A stretch of DNA of 64,000 nt from Xanthobacteraceae bacterium (GTDB lineage: Bacteria > Pseudomonadota > Alphaproteobacteria > Rhizobiales > Xanthobacteraceae): NCBI GenBank assembly GCA_050012575.1, contig JBEKGX010000020.1, forward strand, positions 2,831 through 66,830, in the 5' to 3' direction. Of the stretch, positions 19,861 to 29,820 are shown piece after piece. Within the stretch, counting starts at the first letter, position 1; every line of letters begins with the position of its first letter. Below the pieces are notes generated by a model. That model was not told the origin of the DNA. It ran no database searches and was given only the letters and a program-made list of their open reading frames with translations. A program made the position numbers and the translations under genes.

Positions 19861-20049
19861 TTAATCGTCAATTACTTTGATGGCGAGTTGCGGACAGACC
19901 TTGGCGGCATTGCGGGCCTTCTCCGCCAGTGCAGGCGGCACCACGGACTCGTATATCAGAACGTCGTTTTCGATCCGGAACAATTCCGGTGCAACGAACG
20001 CGCATCGCCCGTGCAACTCGCAGCGTTTGGTATCAACCTCGACCTTCAT
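19861..20049 (-). CDS. small ferredoxin (single-cluster, P450 redox-partner type)
   Basis: 62 aa with Cys pattern C..H..C....CP. Its start overlaps the P450 stop by 4 nt. Confidence 0.8.
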   Translation of the reverse strand: MKVEVDTKRCELHGRCAFVAPELFRIENDVLIYESVVPPALAEKARNAAKVCPQLAIKVIDD

Positions 20050-21347
20050 ACAGCGGCCAACTGCTGGGCTTGTCCCCGTTTTTTTTCGACTGGCGAGAAT
20101 TCGATGTGCAACTGCCGCATCCCGCGCAGGCTAAAAAGAGTCTGCCGCTGCGGCGGCTGTTTTGGCGATAGGCGGATGTCCGGAAGCCGCCGAATAAGCG
20201 TCGCGAAGGCGATTGTACCCTCGCGCCGGGCAAAGGCCTGTCCCGCGCAAGCATGAATTCCGCGTCCGAAGGATAGATGCATGGTCGCGCGATTATCGCG
20301 GTCGGGATCGAATTCACCGGTGCCAAAATAGGTCTCGTCATGGTTGGCGGAACCGAAGCTCAGCATCAGTTTGGCCCCCTTGGGCACCACCACGCCGTCA
20401 AAGTTGTGATCCTCGAGCGCCACGCGGAATAAACCCTGCAAGGGAGCGTCATGGCGCAAAATCTCTTCGATGATGTCCGGGATTCTGCTGGGATCAAGTT
20501 GCAAGTCTGCGATAAGTGAGGGCGTCTGCAGGAGAAGATAGAGACCGTTACCAAGGAAATTGGTTGTGCTTTCGTTGCCGCCGACTAGGATTTGCAGCGC
20601 GAAGTTTATCAATTCTTGGACCGATAGCGGCTCTTCGCCTTCGGGCGAATCAATCAGGCGGCCGAGCAGGTCGTCGCGATGTTCGCGTCGTCGCTCGGCA
20701 ACCTTGGCAAGGATGTATTCTTCGAATTCGACTGTGTGTCGGGCGGCATCAACGATCCGGTCCTCTGCAATGTTGCCGGCCTGTACGGAGATGAAATCGT
20801 CAGACCATGCCTTGAGCATATCGATCTTATCGTCCGGTACATCGAGCAAAGCAGCGACGATCCGCATCGGCAGCGGGTAGGCGAATTCGCGAACGAACTC
20901 GCAAGTGCCGCGCTCGCAGAAACCGTCGATTAATTCGTCGACGATGATCTGAATCTGTGGTGTCAACTGCCGCAAAGTTCTGGCTGGAACCAGCGCCCGC
21001 TGCAGGATCGCGCGATAACGCGTGTGCTCGGGCGGGTCCGACATGATCAAGGTGCGCGCGCGCGGGTGTCCCTTGGACTTGCTAAGGATCCGCAGCGCTT
21101 CGGGTGAACGCCGATAGGCGTTGGTACTGGAGACGGCTTCACGCGACGAAAACTTTTCGGGATGGCTGAGGATATATTCGCAGTCGTTGTAGCGCGTGAT
21201 TAACCAGAAGTTTTGCTCGGCCAGCCAAGCGACCGGCTGTTCGTTGCGCAGACGTTTGTAAATGGCATAAGGCTCGCGCAGTGCTTCTTCGGTGAGCAGC
21301 GTGGTCGGGAGTTGATGCGCGCCAGAATAGGGGCAGCCCGACATCAT
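20046..21347 (-). CDS. cytochrome P450
   Basis: Heme-binding FGRGIHACAGQAFAR and the EILRHDAP (ExxR) motif. Confidence 0.92.
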   Translation of the reverse strand: MMSGCPYSGAHQLPTTLLTEEALREPYAIYKRLRNEQPVAWLAEQNFWLITRYNDCEYILSHPEKFSSREAVSSTNAYRRSPEALRILSKSKGHPRARTLIMSDPPEHTRYRAILQRALVPARTLRQLTPQIQIIVDELIDGFCERGTCEFVREFAYPLPMRIVAALLDVPDDKIDMLKAWSDDFISVQAGNIAEDRIVDAARHTVEFEEYILAKVAERRREHRDDLLGRLIDSPEGEEPLSVQELINFALQILVGGNESTTNFLGNGLYLLLQTPSLIADLQLDPSRIPDIIEEILRHDAPLQGLFRVALEDHNFDGVVVPKGAKLMLSFGSANHDETYFGTGEFDPDRDNRATMHLSFGRGIHACAGQAFARREGTIAFATLIRRLPDIRLSPKQPPQRQTLFSLRGMRQLHIEFSPVEKKRGQAQQLAAV

Positions 21348-21396
21348 CTTCCTCCACGAGCAAAAGTTTCCACAAAAACATAGACTTAAATCAATG

Positions 21397-21419
21397 ACCT
21401 ACCGGCCAGCCGGTCGGTA
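21397..21419. promoter_or_regulatory. second copy of the palindromic operator-like site
   Basis: ACCTACCGGCCAGCCGGTCGGTA matches 11035-11057 at 21 of 23 positions. Lies ~50 nt upstream of the P450 start. Confidence 0.6.
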
Positions 21420-21588
21420 TTTTATAAGAACGAAAGCCAGCGCTTGTCAACGCCTATCGAGGCCGCGACGCGGTTTCGGCGAGTGCCTGGCAGTAGCTAT
21501 AGTCGGTCACGTGCATCCGCCTTGTCCTATGAGCGCCATATTGCCCTCGGTCAGATCGATCGCTTTCTTGGTGCCGAAACTGCCTAGT

Positions 21589-21617
21589 TCGGGCGGGAGA
21601 ATTCGAACCTCCGAACG
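21589..21617 (-). other. tRNA-like 3' fragment (T-arm plus acceptor-like stretch), not a functional tRNA
   Basis: Reverse complement reads CGTTCGGAGGTTCGAATTCTCCCGCCCGA: a GGAGG-TTCGAAT-TCTCC hairpin plus a 7-nt stretch. No D or anticodon arm; sequence differs from tRNA-Ser(GGA). Confidence 0.3.
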
Positions 21618-22871
21618 GTGAAATCAAAAATCGCGAATAGAGCAGCGAACGAACTTCTGGCGGAGCGCGAACAGGTCGATTCGCTCGACTCGAATGAACC
21701 GAAGGATAAGCCAGTGAGCCGCAATTTTTTGCCTCGCTTTCGATCTGAAATTGAACGCCTCGGCGAACGGGCTGAAGCCGTGATCGCGCAGGAGGGTAGA
21801 TTCGAGTTACGCTATGTGCCCTTCGAACACGTGAATCGGAATGCTCGGCTTGTGTTCGTCGGCATCACTCCCGGGATGAACCAAATCGCATTATCGTACA
21901 TGGCGCTGCGCAGCAAGCTTCTTTCTGGAGTCGGGACTGACCGAGCCTTGACCGCAGCCAAGACAGCTGGGGCATTCGGTGGCAAGCAGATGCGCGACCG
22001 GCTCAATCTGATGATGCGGCGGTTTCGGATTCATGAAGTGATCGGCGCAACTTCACCGGAGGAAGTGTGGGACGAAAGTCGAGGGTATCTGCACGCGACC
22101 TCGGTTGTGCCGCATGCCGCCTTTAAAAGCGGAAAGATGTTCAACGGTTCCTTCGCAGAAGTGCTGAAAACGCCTCTGCTTCGCGCTTCGTTTGAGCAGG
22201 ACCTCTTACCAACGTTCTCGGAGCTCCCGTCGAACGCTCGCTTCGTTGCTATCGGGCCAACGCCGTGGAACGCGCTTATTTGGTGCGTGGAAAACGGCTA
22301 TGTCAGTGGCCACCAAGTTCTCGGGGCTTTTGCACATCCCTCGGGCAACGCGAGTTCTCAAGTCGACTATTTTGTCGGGAAAAAAAGGGCCGACGAATTC
22401 ACGCTCGGCGATCCAGTCCTCCATCGCGTGCCTTGGTTGGACAGGGCCCGCGCGGAGTTGGAGCGAACTGTGACGGATGTTCTGGAGGAAAGGCCGATGA
22501 AATCCGGGACGAAGCATCCACGTCCAATGAGCACTACGCGAACCGATGAGCCATCGTCACCGAAGGTGGCACCCCACACGCGGCGGGATTCGCTCGCGAC
22601 GGTCGAGGCGAGTGACCCGAGGAACGCGTTGCATGCAGTAGTCCAACGAGGGAAAGCGGTCGGCACAATCCTCTATCCCCACGTGCACAAGGATGGTCAT
22701 TATGTCGTCAGTCCGACTCGTTACGAGAAGGACTACATTCGTGTTAGGTCGCTTGAAGAGGTGAAGGAACACCTCCGACGTGGCTTTTCAGTGCGGATGA
22801 GTAACCCAAATCAAGCCAACCACCGGGCACCGAGCTTAGTTGCGCCGAGTTCTGTCTCTGGATGGCGATAA
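21618..22871 (+). CDS. hypothetical protein with a possible uracil-DNA-glycosylase-superfamily-like core and ~120-aa C-terminal extension (417 aa)
   Basis: LVFVGITPG (nt 21861-21875) and AHPSGNA (nt 22335-22349) sit with the spacing and order of UDG motifs A and B. GTG start has no obvious SD. Lower GC than the flanks. Fold assignment is by eye only. Confidence 0.6.
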   Translation: MKSKIANRAANELLAEREQVDSLDSNEPKDKPVSRNFLPRFRSEIERLGERAEAVIAQEGRFELRYVPFEHVNRNARLVFVGITPGMNQIALSYMALRSKLLSGVGTDRALTAAKTAGAFGGKQMRDRLNLMMRRFRIHEVIGATSPEEVWDESRGYLHATSVVPHAAFKSGKMFNGSFAEVLKTPLLRASFEQDLLPTFSELPSNARFVAIGPTPWNALIWCVENGYVSGHQVLGAFAHPSGNASSQVDYFVGKKRADEFTLGDPVLHRVPWLDRARAELERTVTDVLEERPMKSGTKHPRPMSTTRTDEPSSPKVAPHTRRDSLATVEASDPRNALHAVVQRGKAVGTILYPHVHKDGHYVVSPTRYEKDYIRVRSLEEVKEHLRRGFSVRMSNPNQANHRAPSLVAPSSVSGWR

Positions 22872-23008
22872 CTACACAGGAGGCGTTGCTCTTCTGCAGC
22901 CCCCGGAGAATGTTGGATTTCAGTATCTCGCGCTTGGGGGTGGCGGAACGGTCCGTCCGCCGTCGCCCATTGATCCGACTCATTTTTTCACGATTTTGTC
23001 GGATTGAC

Positions 23009-23070
23009 CTACAAATTCACCCACGAAGAAAACGGCGCAACAAAAAGCGGGCGCGGAGGCGATCAAGAAG
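23009..23070. repeat. dispersed repeat, copy c
   Basis: CTACAAATTCACCCACGAAGAA...GGCGATCAAGAAG. Shares a 20-nt core and the GCGATCAAG block with copy a. Confidence 0.55.
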
Positions 23071-23072
23071 TT

Positions 23073-24077
23073 CTAATGTTCGATCTGCACCAGCTTGCGG
23101 CCGAAATTGTCGCCGGTGAACAGGCCAATAAAAGCGGCTGGAAGTTTCTCGAACCCTTTATCGATATCTTCACGGTATTTCAGCTTTCCGTCGACGATCC
23201 ACTGGGCGAGATCGCTCCACGCTTTTGGGAACTCCCGAAAATAATCGAAAGCGACTAGCCCGCGCATCGTCAGCCGTGACGTGATGATCTGGCTCGTGTT
23301 GCGCAGACCGGGGCGGGCGGCGGGCGACGTGTTGTAGTCGGCCAGCTGGCCGGAGACCACAATGCGGCCGTTTCGGCGCATCAAGGGAAGCATACCGCTC
23401 AGAAAAGAATTGCCGACGTTGTCAAAGACGATGTCGATCCCGTTCGGACACTTACCCGCGACGGCAGCGTCAACGTCCGGCTCGGCGTGGCGGTCGATGG
23501 CGTCGGCAAAGCCGATTTCGCGCAGCCAGGCGCACTTCTCCGCCCCGCCGGCGATGCCGACGACCCGCGCCCCATAAGTCGCCGCGATTTGCCCGGCCGC
23601 CGATCCCACGGCACCGGCCGCCGACGACACGAGGACGATCTCGCCCTCCTTCGGTTTGGCAATATCGAGTATCCCGAAATAGGCGGTCAGTCCGGGAATG
23701 CCGAGAACGCCGATTTGCGCCGACGGCGGCACACGCCGCTCGGCAACGACGCGGACTCCGCGTCCATCGGAGAGACCGTGCTCGCTCCAGCCGAAAGCGG
23801 CGGCCACGCAGTCGCCCGCACTGAATTTAGGATGGCGCGAGGCGATAACCCGCCCAACGGTGGCGCTTTCGATTGTCTCGCCAAGCTGGAGCGGAGCGGC
23901 ATAGGTTGCCTCGTCATTCAGCCGGGCGCGCATACCCGGGTCGACCGATATGTATTCGTTGGCGACCAGAATCTGTCCATCCTGCGGCGCCGGCAGGTCA
24001 CGCACTTCCTGGCGAAAATCGGTTTCGCGCGGAATGCCCTGCGGCCGGCTGGCAAGAACAATGCGTCGCGACTGCAT
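23073..24077 (-). CDS. NADP-dependent oxidoreductase (medium-chain reductase, YncB/PTGR-like)
   Basis: 334 aa with MDR-family sequence and an AAGAVGSAAGQIA nucleotide-binding motif. Confidence 0.85.
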   Translation of the reverse strand: MQSRRIVLASRPQGIPRETDFRQEVRDLPAPQDGQILVANEYISVDPGMRARLNDEATYAAPLQLGETIESATVGRVIASRHPKFSAGDCVAAAFGWSEHGLSDGRGVRVVAERRVPPSAQIGVLGIPGLTAYFGILDIAKPKEGEIVLVSSAAGAVGSAAGQIAATYGARVVGIAGGAEKCAWLREIGFADAIDRHAEPDVDAAVAGKCPNGIDIVFDNVGNSFLSGMLPLMRRNGRIVVSGQLADYNTSPAARPGLRNTSQIITSRLTMRGLVAFDYFREFPKAWSDLAQWIVDGKLKYREDIDKGFEKLPAAFIGLFTGDNFGRKLVQIEH

Positions 24078-24084
24078 CGCCGTC

Positions 24085-25236
24085 TCACAAAAAGCTTGCG
24101 TCGGTCGGCAGCCCCATCAGGAAACGGCCGGTCAGTTCGTAAGTCTGCGGCGCGACCATCATATGCTGCATGCCGACGTAGGCGTCGCGAAACCGCCTCT
24201 GCAGCGGCGAGCTCAGGAACACAGACGAGCCGCCGCCGAGTTCGTACATGTCACGCGTGACAGCAGCGCAAGTCCGCGCCGTATGGGTCGCTGCTAGACG
24301 CAGGTTGGCGCGCACGTCTATGGGCATCGTACCCTCCGTCTGCGCCTTGTCCCACGCACTCTCGACCGCGTCGTAATAGAAGGCGCGCGCCGAACGCAAT
24401 CGGGCGACCGCGTCCGCGAGAACCGCCTGCGCCGTTGCGCGCTCGCCCAGCACCCGCGATGATCCTTGCGGTTTCTTGCCGCCGGCAAGTTCGATCAGCT
24501 CCTCAACAGAGCTTTCCGCATTGCCGAGCAACACCGCCGCGATGCCGAGCGCGAGAAGGCCGAATACCGGAAAGGCGTACAGCGGACCTTTCGCGACCGG
24601 CTTATCGATCACGAGTGACAATGAACGGGCTTTCGGCACGCGCACATCAGTCACCTGAATCTCGCCCGAGCCGGTGCCGCAGAGACCGCTCACGTGCCAG
24701 GTATCGATCAATTGCGCCGCGGGCGCGGGAAACAGGAGCATTCGCGCATCCGGCGCGCCATTCGGCAAGCGGCGCGGTTGCCCATCAGCAACGATTACCG
24801 CACCCCCCATCAGCCAAGTGCAATTGATCGAACCAGACGCCCATTGCCACGTGCCGTTCAAGACATAGTCGTCGCCATCCTCGACCGCGCGCCCCATTGG
24901 CGCATAGACGCCGCCGACGATGCTCTCAGGCTGACCGAAAATTTCCCGCGCTACGGATGTTGAAAGATAAGCGGCGCTGACGCCAGAGGTCACGCCGATC
25001 ATCAGGCACCAGCTAACGGACGCATCCGCCTCAGCGACCGTCTCGATGACACGGAACAAGGTCGCAGGATCTGCTTCTAGTCCGCCAATCTCGCGCGGCA
25101 CACCGAGCCGGAACAGTCCGGCCTTCGCGAGCGTTTCCGCCAGATCCGCCGGCAGCCGCCGGGCCTTCTCAATTTCGGCGGCGCGCGCCTTGATGCCGGA
25201 TTTCAGCGTTGCCGCCTTTTCAACAATCGCGTTCAC
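24085..25236 (-). CDS. acyl-CoA dehydrogenase-fold flavoprotein (possibly a group D flavin monooxygenase-like hydroxylase)
   Basis: 383 aa, ACAD-family architecture. Substrate unknown. Confidence 0.75.
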   Translation of the reverse strand: MNAIVEKAATLKSGIKARAAEIEKARRLPADLAETLAKAGLFRLGVPREIGGLEADPATLFRVIETVAEADASVSWCLMIGVTSGVSAAYLSTSVAREIFGQPESIVGGVYAPMGRAVEDGDDYVLNGTWQWASGSINCTWLMGGAVIVADGQPRRLPNGAPDARMLLFPAPAAQLIDTWHVSGLCGTGSGEIQVTDVRVPKARSLSLVIDKPVAKGPLYAFPVFGLLALGIAAVLLGNAESSVEELIELAGGKKPQGSSRVLGERATAQAVLADAVARLRSARAFYYDAVESAWDKAQTEGTMPIDVRANLRLAATHTARTCAAVTRDMYELGGGSSVFLSSPLQRRFRDAYVGMQHMMVAPQTYELTGRFLMGLPTDASFL

Positions 25237-26879
25237 GCCGATGGCTCCTCTCGCAGGCGATACTTCAGGACTTTTCCAACCGCATTGCGCGGCAGCGCCG
25301 CCACGATGTCGAGCCGCTCCGGCAATTTGAATTTTGCGACTTTCCGCGCATCGAGAAAAGACACGATATCTTCCAGCGTGGGCTTGGCGTCGCCGCGTGG
25401 GGTGATGACTGCGCGCACTTTTTCGCCCATGACCGGATCGGGATAGCCGACGATCGCGACTTCCGCGACCATCGGATGCGAGGCAATAAGACCCTCGATT
25501 TCTTCCGGCGCAATGTTCATGCCGCCGCGAATAATGAGATCCTTGGCACGCCCGACGAAGCGGTAATAATGTGCGCTCCCTGCATTATCCTCGGCGATCT
25601 CGAACAGGTCCCCGGTGCGGAAAAATCCGTCGGCATCGAACGCCTCCTCGTTCGCCTCCGGATTTTTCCAGTAGCCGGCGAACACCATACCGCCCTTGAT
25701 ACGCAATTCACCGGGCTGCCCCGGGCGATCGATCGTCTTGCCGGTTTCCACATCGACAAGCCTGGTCCATTGCTGCTGCGCGACGCGCGCCTTCCAGACA
25801 AGCCCCTCGGCGCCGAACCGCGGGAAGAATTCAGCCCGCTTTTCCGGCTCCGGGAAGTCTTCGATACCCGAAATGAGACAGACGCCCTCGTTCGAGCCGA
25901 ACAGGTTGGTCACCGGGACGCCGCGATTGCTCCAGCCGCGAACCATCATGGGCGGCAGCGGCGCCGAACCTGATCCGATCACTCGCAGCGAGGAGATATC
26001 GAATTTCGACAATAGCGCCTCGTTCATCAGCAGCATGGACAAGAGCGCAGGCGGTGCGACCGTGTAAATCGGCTTCTCGGCGTGGATTTGTCCAAGAAAA
26101 ACCGGCAAATCGAGCGGGTGATGGTTGATGAGCACGCCGCCAAGAATGAGCCACGGCACGATCATGCCGCCGATGCCGGCCATGTTGACCAGCGGGAACG
26201 GATTGAGCATGCGCGCTCCCGGGTTGAGACCCGCGCCGTCGATCGTGCCGAGCGCGATACTCAGCCATTCGTTATGACTGCGCGGCACAGCTTTGGGCTT
26301 TCCGGTCGTGCCCGAGGTAAAGCACAGCGTGACGATATCGTCGGCGCCATTGCGGACGTCGGCGCGGCGGCGTGCGAGCAACGCGCGATCCGCCGCTGTG
26401 TCGGCGACTGTGACCAGCGTAAGAACGGATGCGGCCGGGCCGATGGCGGCGCGCACTGCCGGTTCGGACGCGCTGCTGACGAGAAAGATGGAGGGCGCGA
26501 CGAACTCGCCGAGCCGTTTGAGTTCATATTCCCGATATTGCATCGGGAACGGGGCGATGATGGCGCCGATCCGTGCGACTGCTAGATAAGCTGCAACCAA
26601 CTCGGCGACGTTGTGCAACTGCACGGCAACGACGCCGTCGACGGCAACACCCCCTGCGATCAGCGCGGTGGCCATGCGGTCGACCAGGCCGTCGAGCTCC
26701 GACCAGCTCAACCGCTGCGGTGCACCACCGTCGAGTGCCGTGCGATTGGGCGGATCGATAAGCGCCAGCGCGCCGGGATCGTCCGCCACATGCCGGCGGA
26801 AAATATCGTCGATGGTGGCATCGCCCCACCAACCGCGTTTGTGGTAGTCGGCGATTTTTGCCGCGTCTGACAGCTTCAT
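25233..26879 (-). CDS. AMP-dependent acyl-CoA synthetase/ligase
   Basis: Motif CFTSGTTGKPKAV. ATG at 26879 (MKLSDAAKIADYHKRGWWGD) lies 1 nt after the upstream stop. Confidence 0.85.
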   Translation of the reverse strand: MKLSDAAKIADYHKRGWWGDATIDDIFRRHVADDPGALALIDPPNRTALDGGAPQRLSWSELDGLVDRMATALIAGGVAVDGVVAVQLHNVAELVAAYLAVARIGAIIAPFPMQYREYELKRLGEFVAPSIFLVSSASEPAVRAAIGPAASVLTLVTVADTAADRALLARRRADVRNGADDIVTLCFTSGTTGKPKAVPRSHNEWLSIALGTIDGAGLNPGARMLNPFPLVNMAGIGGMIVPWLILGGVLINHHPLDLPVFLGQIHAEKPIYTVAPPALLSMLLMNEALLSKFDISSLRVIGSGSAPLPPMMVRGWSNRGVPVTNLFGSNEGVCLISGIEDFPEPEKRAEFFPRFGAEGLVWKARVAQQQWTRLVDVETGKTIDRPGQPGELRIKGGMVFAGYWKNPEANEEAFDADGFFRTGDLFEIAEDNAGSAHYYRFVGRAKDLIIRGGMNIAPEEIEGLIASHPMVAEVAIVGYPDPVMGEKVRAVITPRGDAKPTLEDIVSFLDARKVAKFKLPERLDIVAALPRNAVGKVLKYRLREEPSA

Positions 26880-26880
26880 G

Positions 26881-27840
26881 TTACGCCTCCCGGATAGCGC
26901 GCCACGCCGGCCTCGGGGCCTCGACCGCGTTTTGGTATTCTCGCTTGATGCGCTCAACGATCGCCGCGGCCGGTTCGACTGCCTTGACTGAACCCACCCC
27001 CTGCCCGGCCGACCAGATGTTCTTCCAGGCCTTATATTCGGCTTGCGGATCGCCGACGTCGATCTTGCGGCCGGACGGCAAGGCTTTGGGATCGTATCCC
27101 GCCGCGCGAATTGTCGGTATCAGCATGCTGGCGCGCGCCCCGGTGAACGCGTCGGTGATGATGAGATCGGCCACCGTCGAGGCGACTACCATATCTTTAT
27201 AGGCGTTGGCTGCTCTGCTCTCCTGCGCGGCAATGAACGGCGTCCCTACATAGGCAAGATCGGCCCCCATGACTTCCACAGCGCGCACGGCAGCCCCGGT
27301 GGCGATGCTGCCGGCGAGCACGATCGGGCCGTCGTAAAACTCGCGCACGGCCTGCAGAAATGCAAAAGCGGAGAGTTCACCGGTATGGCCGCCGGCTCCG
27401 GATGAGACCAACACCAATCCGTTGGCACCGGCGGCTACCGCTTTGTGCGCAAATGCAACGTTATTGACATCGGCAAAGACCAGGCCGCCGTATTCGCGCA
27501 CTACCTCGATGACCCGGATCGGTCCGCCCAGCGCGGTAATGACAATTTTCGGCTTGAACTCGCGTAGCAAGGCGAGTTCGTCGTCCAGCCGCGCGTAGGT
27601 CGGGTGTACAATCATGTTGGCGGCGTACGGTGCGTCGGTATCGCGCAGTTCGCGCCCAAGCAGCTCGAGCCAGCCGCGCAGATCGGCAAGCGTGCGGCCG
27701 TTGGGAAATGGAAAAGCGCCGACGATCCCGGCACGGCAGGCGGCGAAAACCAGTTCCGGGCCGGACACAAGAAACATCGGTGCCGCCACCAGCGGCAATG
27801 CCAGGCGGTCGGTAAGCCAGGAGGGCAATCGCGTGCTCAT
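26881..27840 (-). CDS. nitronate monooxygenase (NMO / 2-nitropropane dioxygenase) family flavoenzyme
   Basis: 319 aa, TIM-barrel NMO-type sequence (..GADLAYVGTPFIAAQES..). Confidence 0.85.
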   Translation of the reverse strand: MSTRLPSWLTDRLALPLVAAPMFLVSGPELVFAACRAGIVGAFPFPNGRTLADLRGWLELLGRELRDTDAPYAANMIVHPTYARLDDELALLREFKPKIVITALGGPIRVIEVVREYGGLVFADVNNVAFAHKAVAAGANGLVLVSSGAGGHTGELSAFAFLQAVREFYDGPIVLAGSIATGAAVRAVEVMGADLAYVGTPFIAAQESRAANAYKDMVVASTVADLIITDAFTGARASMLIPTIRAAGYDPKALPSGRKIDVGDPQAEYKAWKNIWSAGQGVGSVKAVEPAAAIVERIKREYQNAVEAPRPAWRAIREA

Positions 27841-29009
27841 TCCGGCAATCTGAGGCGCGCGGCGATATTGTTCTTCTGCATGTTGGATGAGCCACCGACG
27901 ATCGGCATGACGCAGATGTCGCGGACGTAGCGCTCCATATCGTAGCCCTCGGCGCAGCCGTAGGCGCCCATGACCTTCTGGCAGGTGAGAACGATCTCGA
28001 CGGCAGTGTCACCGACGAAGAGCTTCGCCATCGAGCTTTCGACGCTGCAGGGAAGGCCGGCATCGGCGAGTGCCGCGGCGTGGTAGATCATGTGTCGGCA
28101 GGCTTGCAGCTTGGTCTTTGCTTCGACGAGTGCATGACGGACCGATTGATGCGCACAGATCGGCTTGCCAAACTGCTTTCGCTCCTGCGCGTAAGCCCAG
28201 GCGTCGTCGACCGCTGCCGCGGCAATACCGTAGGCGGTGGCCGTAATCTCCAATTTTTCCACATCGAGCGCGGGGCCGGCCAATTGCTGCCAGCCTTTGT
28301 TCCAGGCCTCGGGTCCGCCGAGAATATTGCCCGCCGGCACGACCACGTCATCAAAGATGACGTCGGTCGTTGCCGCGTAACGAAGGCCGATGTGGTCAAT
28401 GTCTTTGATGGTCACGCCCGCGGCCGTGGGCGGTACGAGAATGAATGAGAGATTGCGGTAGCGCGGAGCCTCGCGATCGGATTTAACCAAGCACAGGATG
28501 TAATCGGCGAAGCGTGCACCGGTACACCAGCGCTTGACTCCGTTGAGAATGACCGAGCTTCCGTCGTCGGACAGACGCGCACCCGTCGTAACGCTCGCAA
28601 GATCGCCGCCGACGTCGGGCTCGGATAGACCGTAAGCGAAGAGAATTTCGCCGCGCGCAAGCTTCGGCAGCAGATCATGCTTTTGCGCCTCCGAGCCGTT
28701 GGCGCTGACGTTAAGACCCCCATAGAACGCGCAGTGGATGAACGGGCCGGCGATCGCCGCCCCGCGCCGGGCGAGCTCATCGATCGTGGCGACGGCCGCC
28801 ACAAGGTCCCGTCCGGCACCGCCGTATTCTGCATCAATGGTCAGGCCGCAAACACCAAGCCCGGCGAGCTTGCGGAAGACATCCACCGGGAAAGTGCGCT
28901 CGCGGTCCCAGCGGCGGACGGCTTCGCGCGGCATTTCGCGCTCGACAAAGCGCCGCAGGCTCTCGCGCAGCGCCACGATATGCGAAGGCTCTTCGACTGC
29001 GTAACCCAT
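27837..29009 (-). CDS. acyl-CoA dehydrogenase
   Basis: ACAD family. Start taken at MGYAVEEPSH (29009). Confidence 0.85.
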   Translation of the reverse strand: MGYAVEEPSHIVALRESLRRFVEREMPREAVRRWDRERTFPVDVFRKLAGLGVCGLTIDAEYGGAGRDLVAAVATIDELARRGAAIAGPFIHCAFYGGLNVSANGSEAQKHDLLPKLARGEILFAYGLSEPDVGGDLASVTTGARLSDDGSSVILNGVKRWCTGARFADYILCLVKSDREAPRYRNLSFILVPPTAAGVTIKDIDHIGLRYAATTDVIFDDVVVPAGNILGGPEAWNKGWQQLAGPALDVEKLEITATAYGIAAAAVDDAWAYAQERKQFGKPICAHQSVRHALVEAKTKLQACRHMIYHAAALADAGLPCSVESSMAKLFVGDTAVEIVLTCQKVMGAYGCAEGYDMERYVRDICVMPIVGGSSNMQKNNIAARLRLPE

Positions 29010-29013
29010 GCTT

Positions 29014-29820
29014 TCACCGCCCAGAGAATTTCGGCTTGCGCTTCTCAAGGAAGGCGCGCACGGCTTCCTGATGGTCGGCCGAAATATTGCTCATCATCTC
29101 GTAGGCTACCGAAGCGTCCATCACTTCGTGCGCCCGCCGCCGCAGTGGAATATTGGCGACCGTTTTGGTCCAGCGGATCGCAAGCGTGGCCCCGTGGGCA
29201 AGCGTATCCGCCATAGCATCCACCCGGGCGTCGAGCTCGGCGGCCGGCACGACGTAATTGACCAGCCCGATACGTTCGGCGCGCTCGGCGGTGAGCATTT
29301 CGCCGGTCATCAGGAATTCTTTGGCGCGGGCAAAGCCGACGAGCTGCGGCCAAATCACTGCGCCGCCGTCGCCGGCGACGAACCCCATTTTCACGTGCGG
29401 ATCGCCGATCACCGCCTTGTCGGAAGCGATGATGATGTCGCACAATAGCGCGATGGTTGCGCCGAGACCGGCGGCGGCGCCGTTGAGCCGGCAAATGATC
29501 GGCTTTTCCAGCTCCAGCAGGCTGAACACGATCCGCTTAGCATCGGGCCCAATGGCGCTGAATTCGGCCGGCTCGTCGATCATCCCCTGCATCCAAGAGG
29601 CGCTGCCGCCGGCGCAAAAGGCGCGGCCGGCCCCGGTCAAAACCACCACATCGCAACCCGGATCGCGATTGATCTCCTCGAACACGACCGAGAGGTCGTG
29701 GTGCATGTCGCCATCGACCTGATTGAGTGTATCCGGGCGGTTGAGTGTGACGCGCAGAATGCGTTCGCGCCGCTCGAACGTCAGGCATTTGTAGCCGGCG
29801 TAATCTCCCCAGGTCATCAC
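29014..29820 (-). CDS. enoyl-CoA hydratase/isomerase (crotonase fold)
   Basis: VVVLTGAGRAFCAGGS oxyanion-hole region. Confidence 0.88.
   Translation of the reverse strand: MMTWGDYAGYKCLTFERRERILRVTLNRPDTLNQVDGDMHHDLSVVFEEINRDPGCDVVVLTGAGRAFCAGGSASWMQGMIDEPAEFSAIGPDAKRIVFSLLELEKPIICRLNGAAAGLGATIALLCDIIIASDKAVIGDPHVKMGFVAGDGGAVIWPQLVGFARAKEFLMTGEMLTAERAERIGLVNYVVPAAELDARVDAMADTLAHGATLAIRWTKTVANIPLRRRAHEVMDASVAYEMMSNISADHQEAVRAFLEKRKPKFSGR

Noticed and set aside
21589-21617. Possible tRNA gene or tRNA-Ser att copy
   Set aside because: Only a T-arm-like hairpin and an acceptor-like stretch are present. The G:U closing pair is atypical, there is no D or anticodon arm, and the sequence is not the tRNA-Ser(GGA) 3' end. 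Kept only as a low-confidence tRNA-derived fragment.
22941-22954. TGGCGGAACGGTCC (22941) and TGGCCGCAGGGTCG (30836) as further tRNA-Ser att cores
   Set aside because: Only about 8-10 of 14 positions match, which is not significant on its own. They are mentioned only because each precedes a dispersed-repeat copy at the same spacing as the exact copies.
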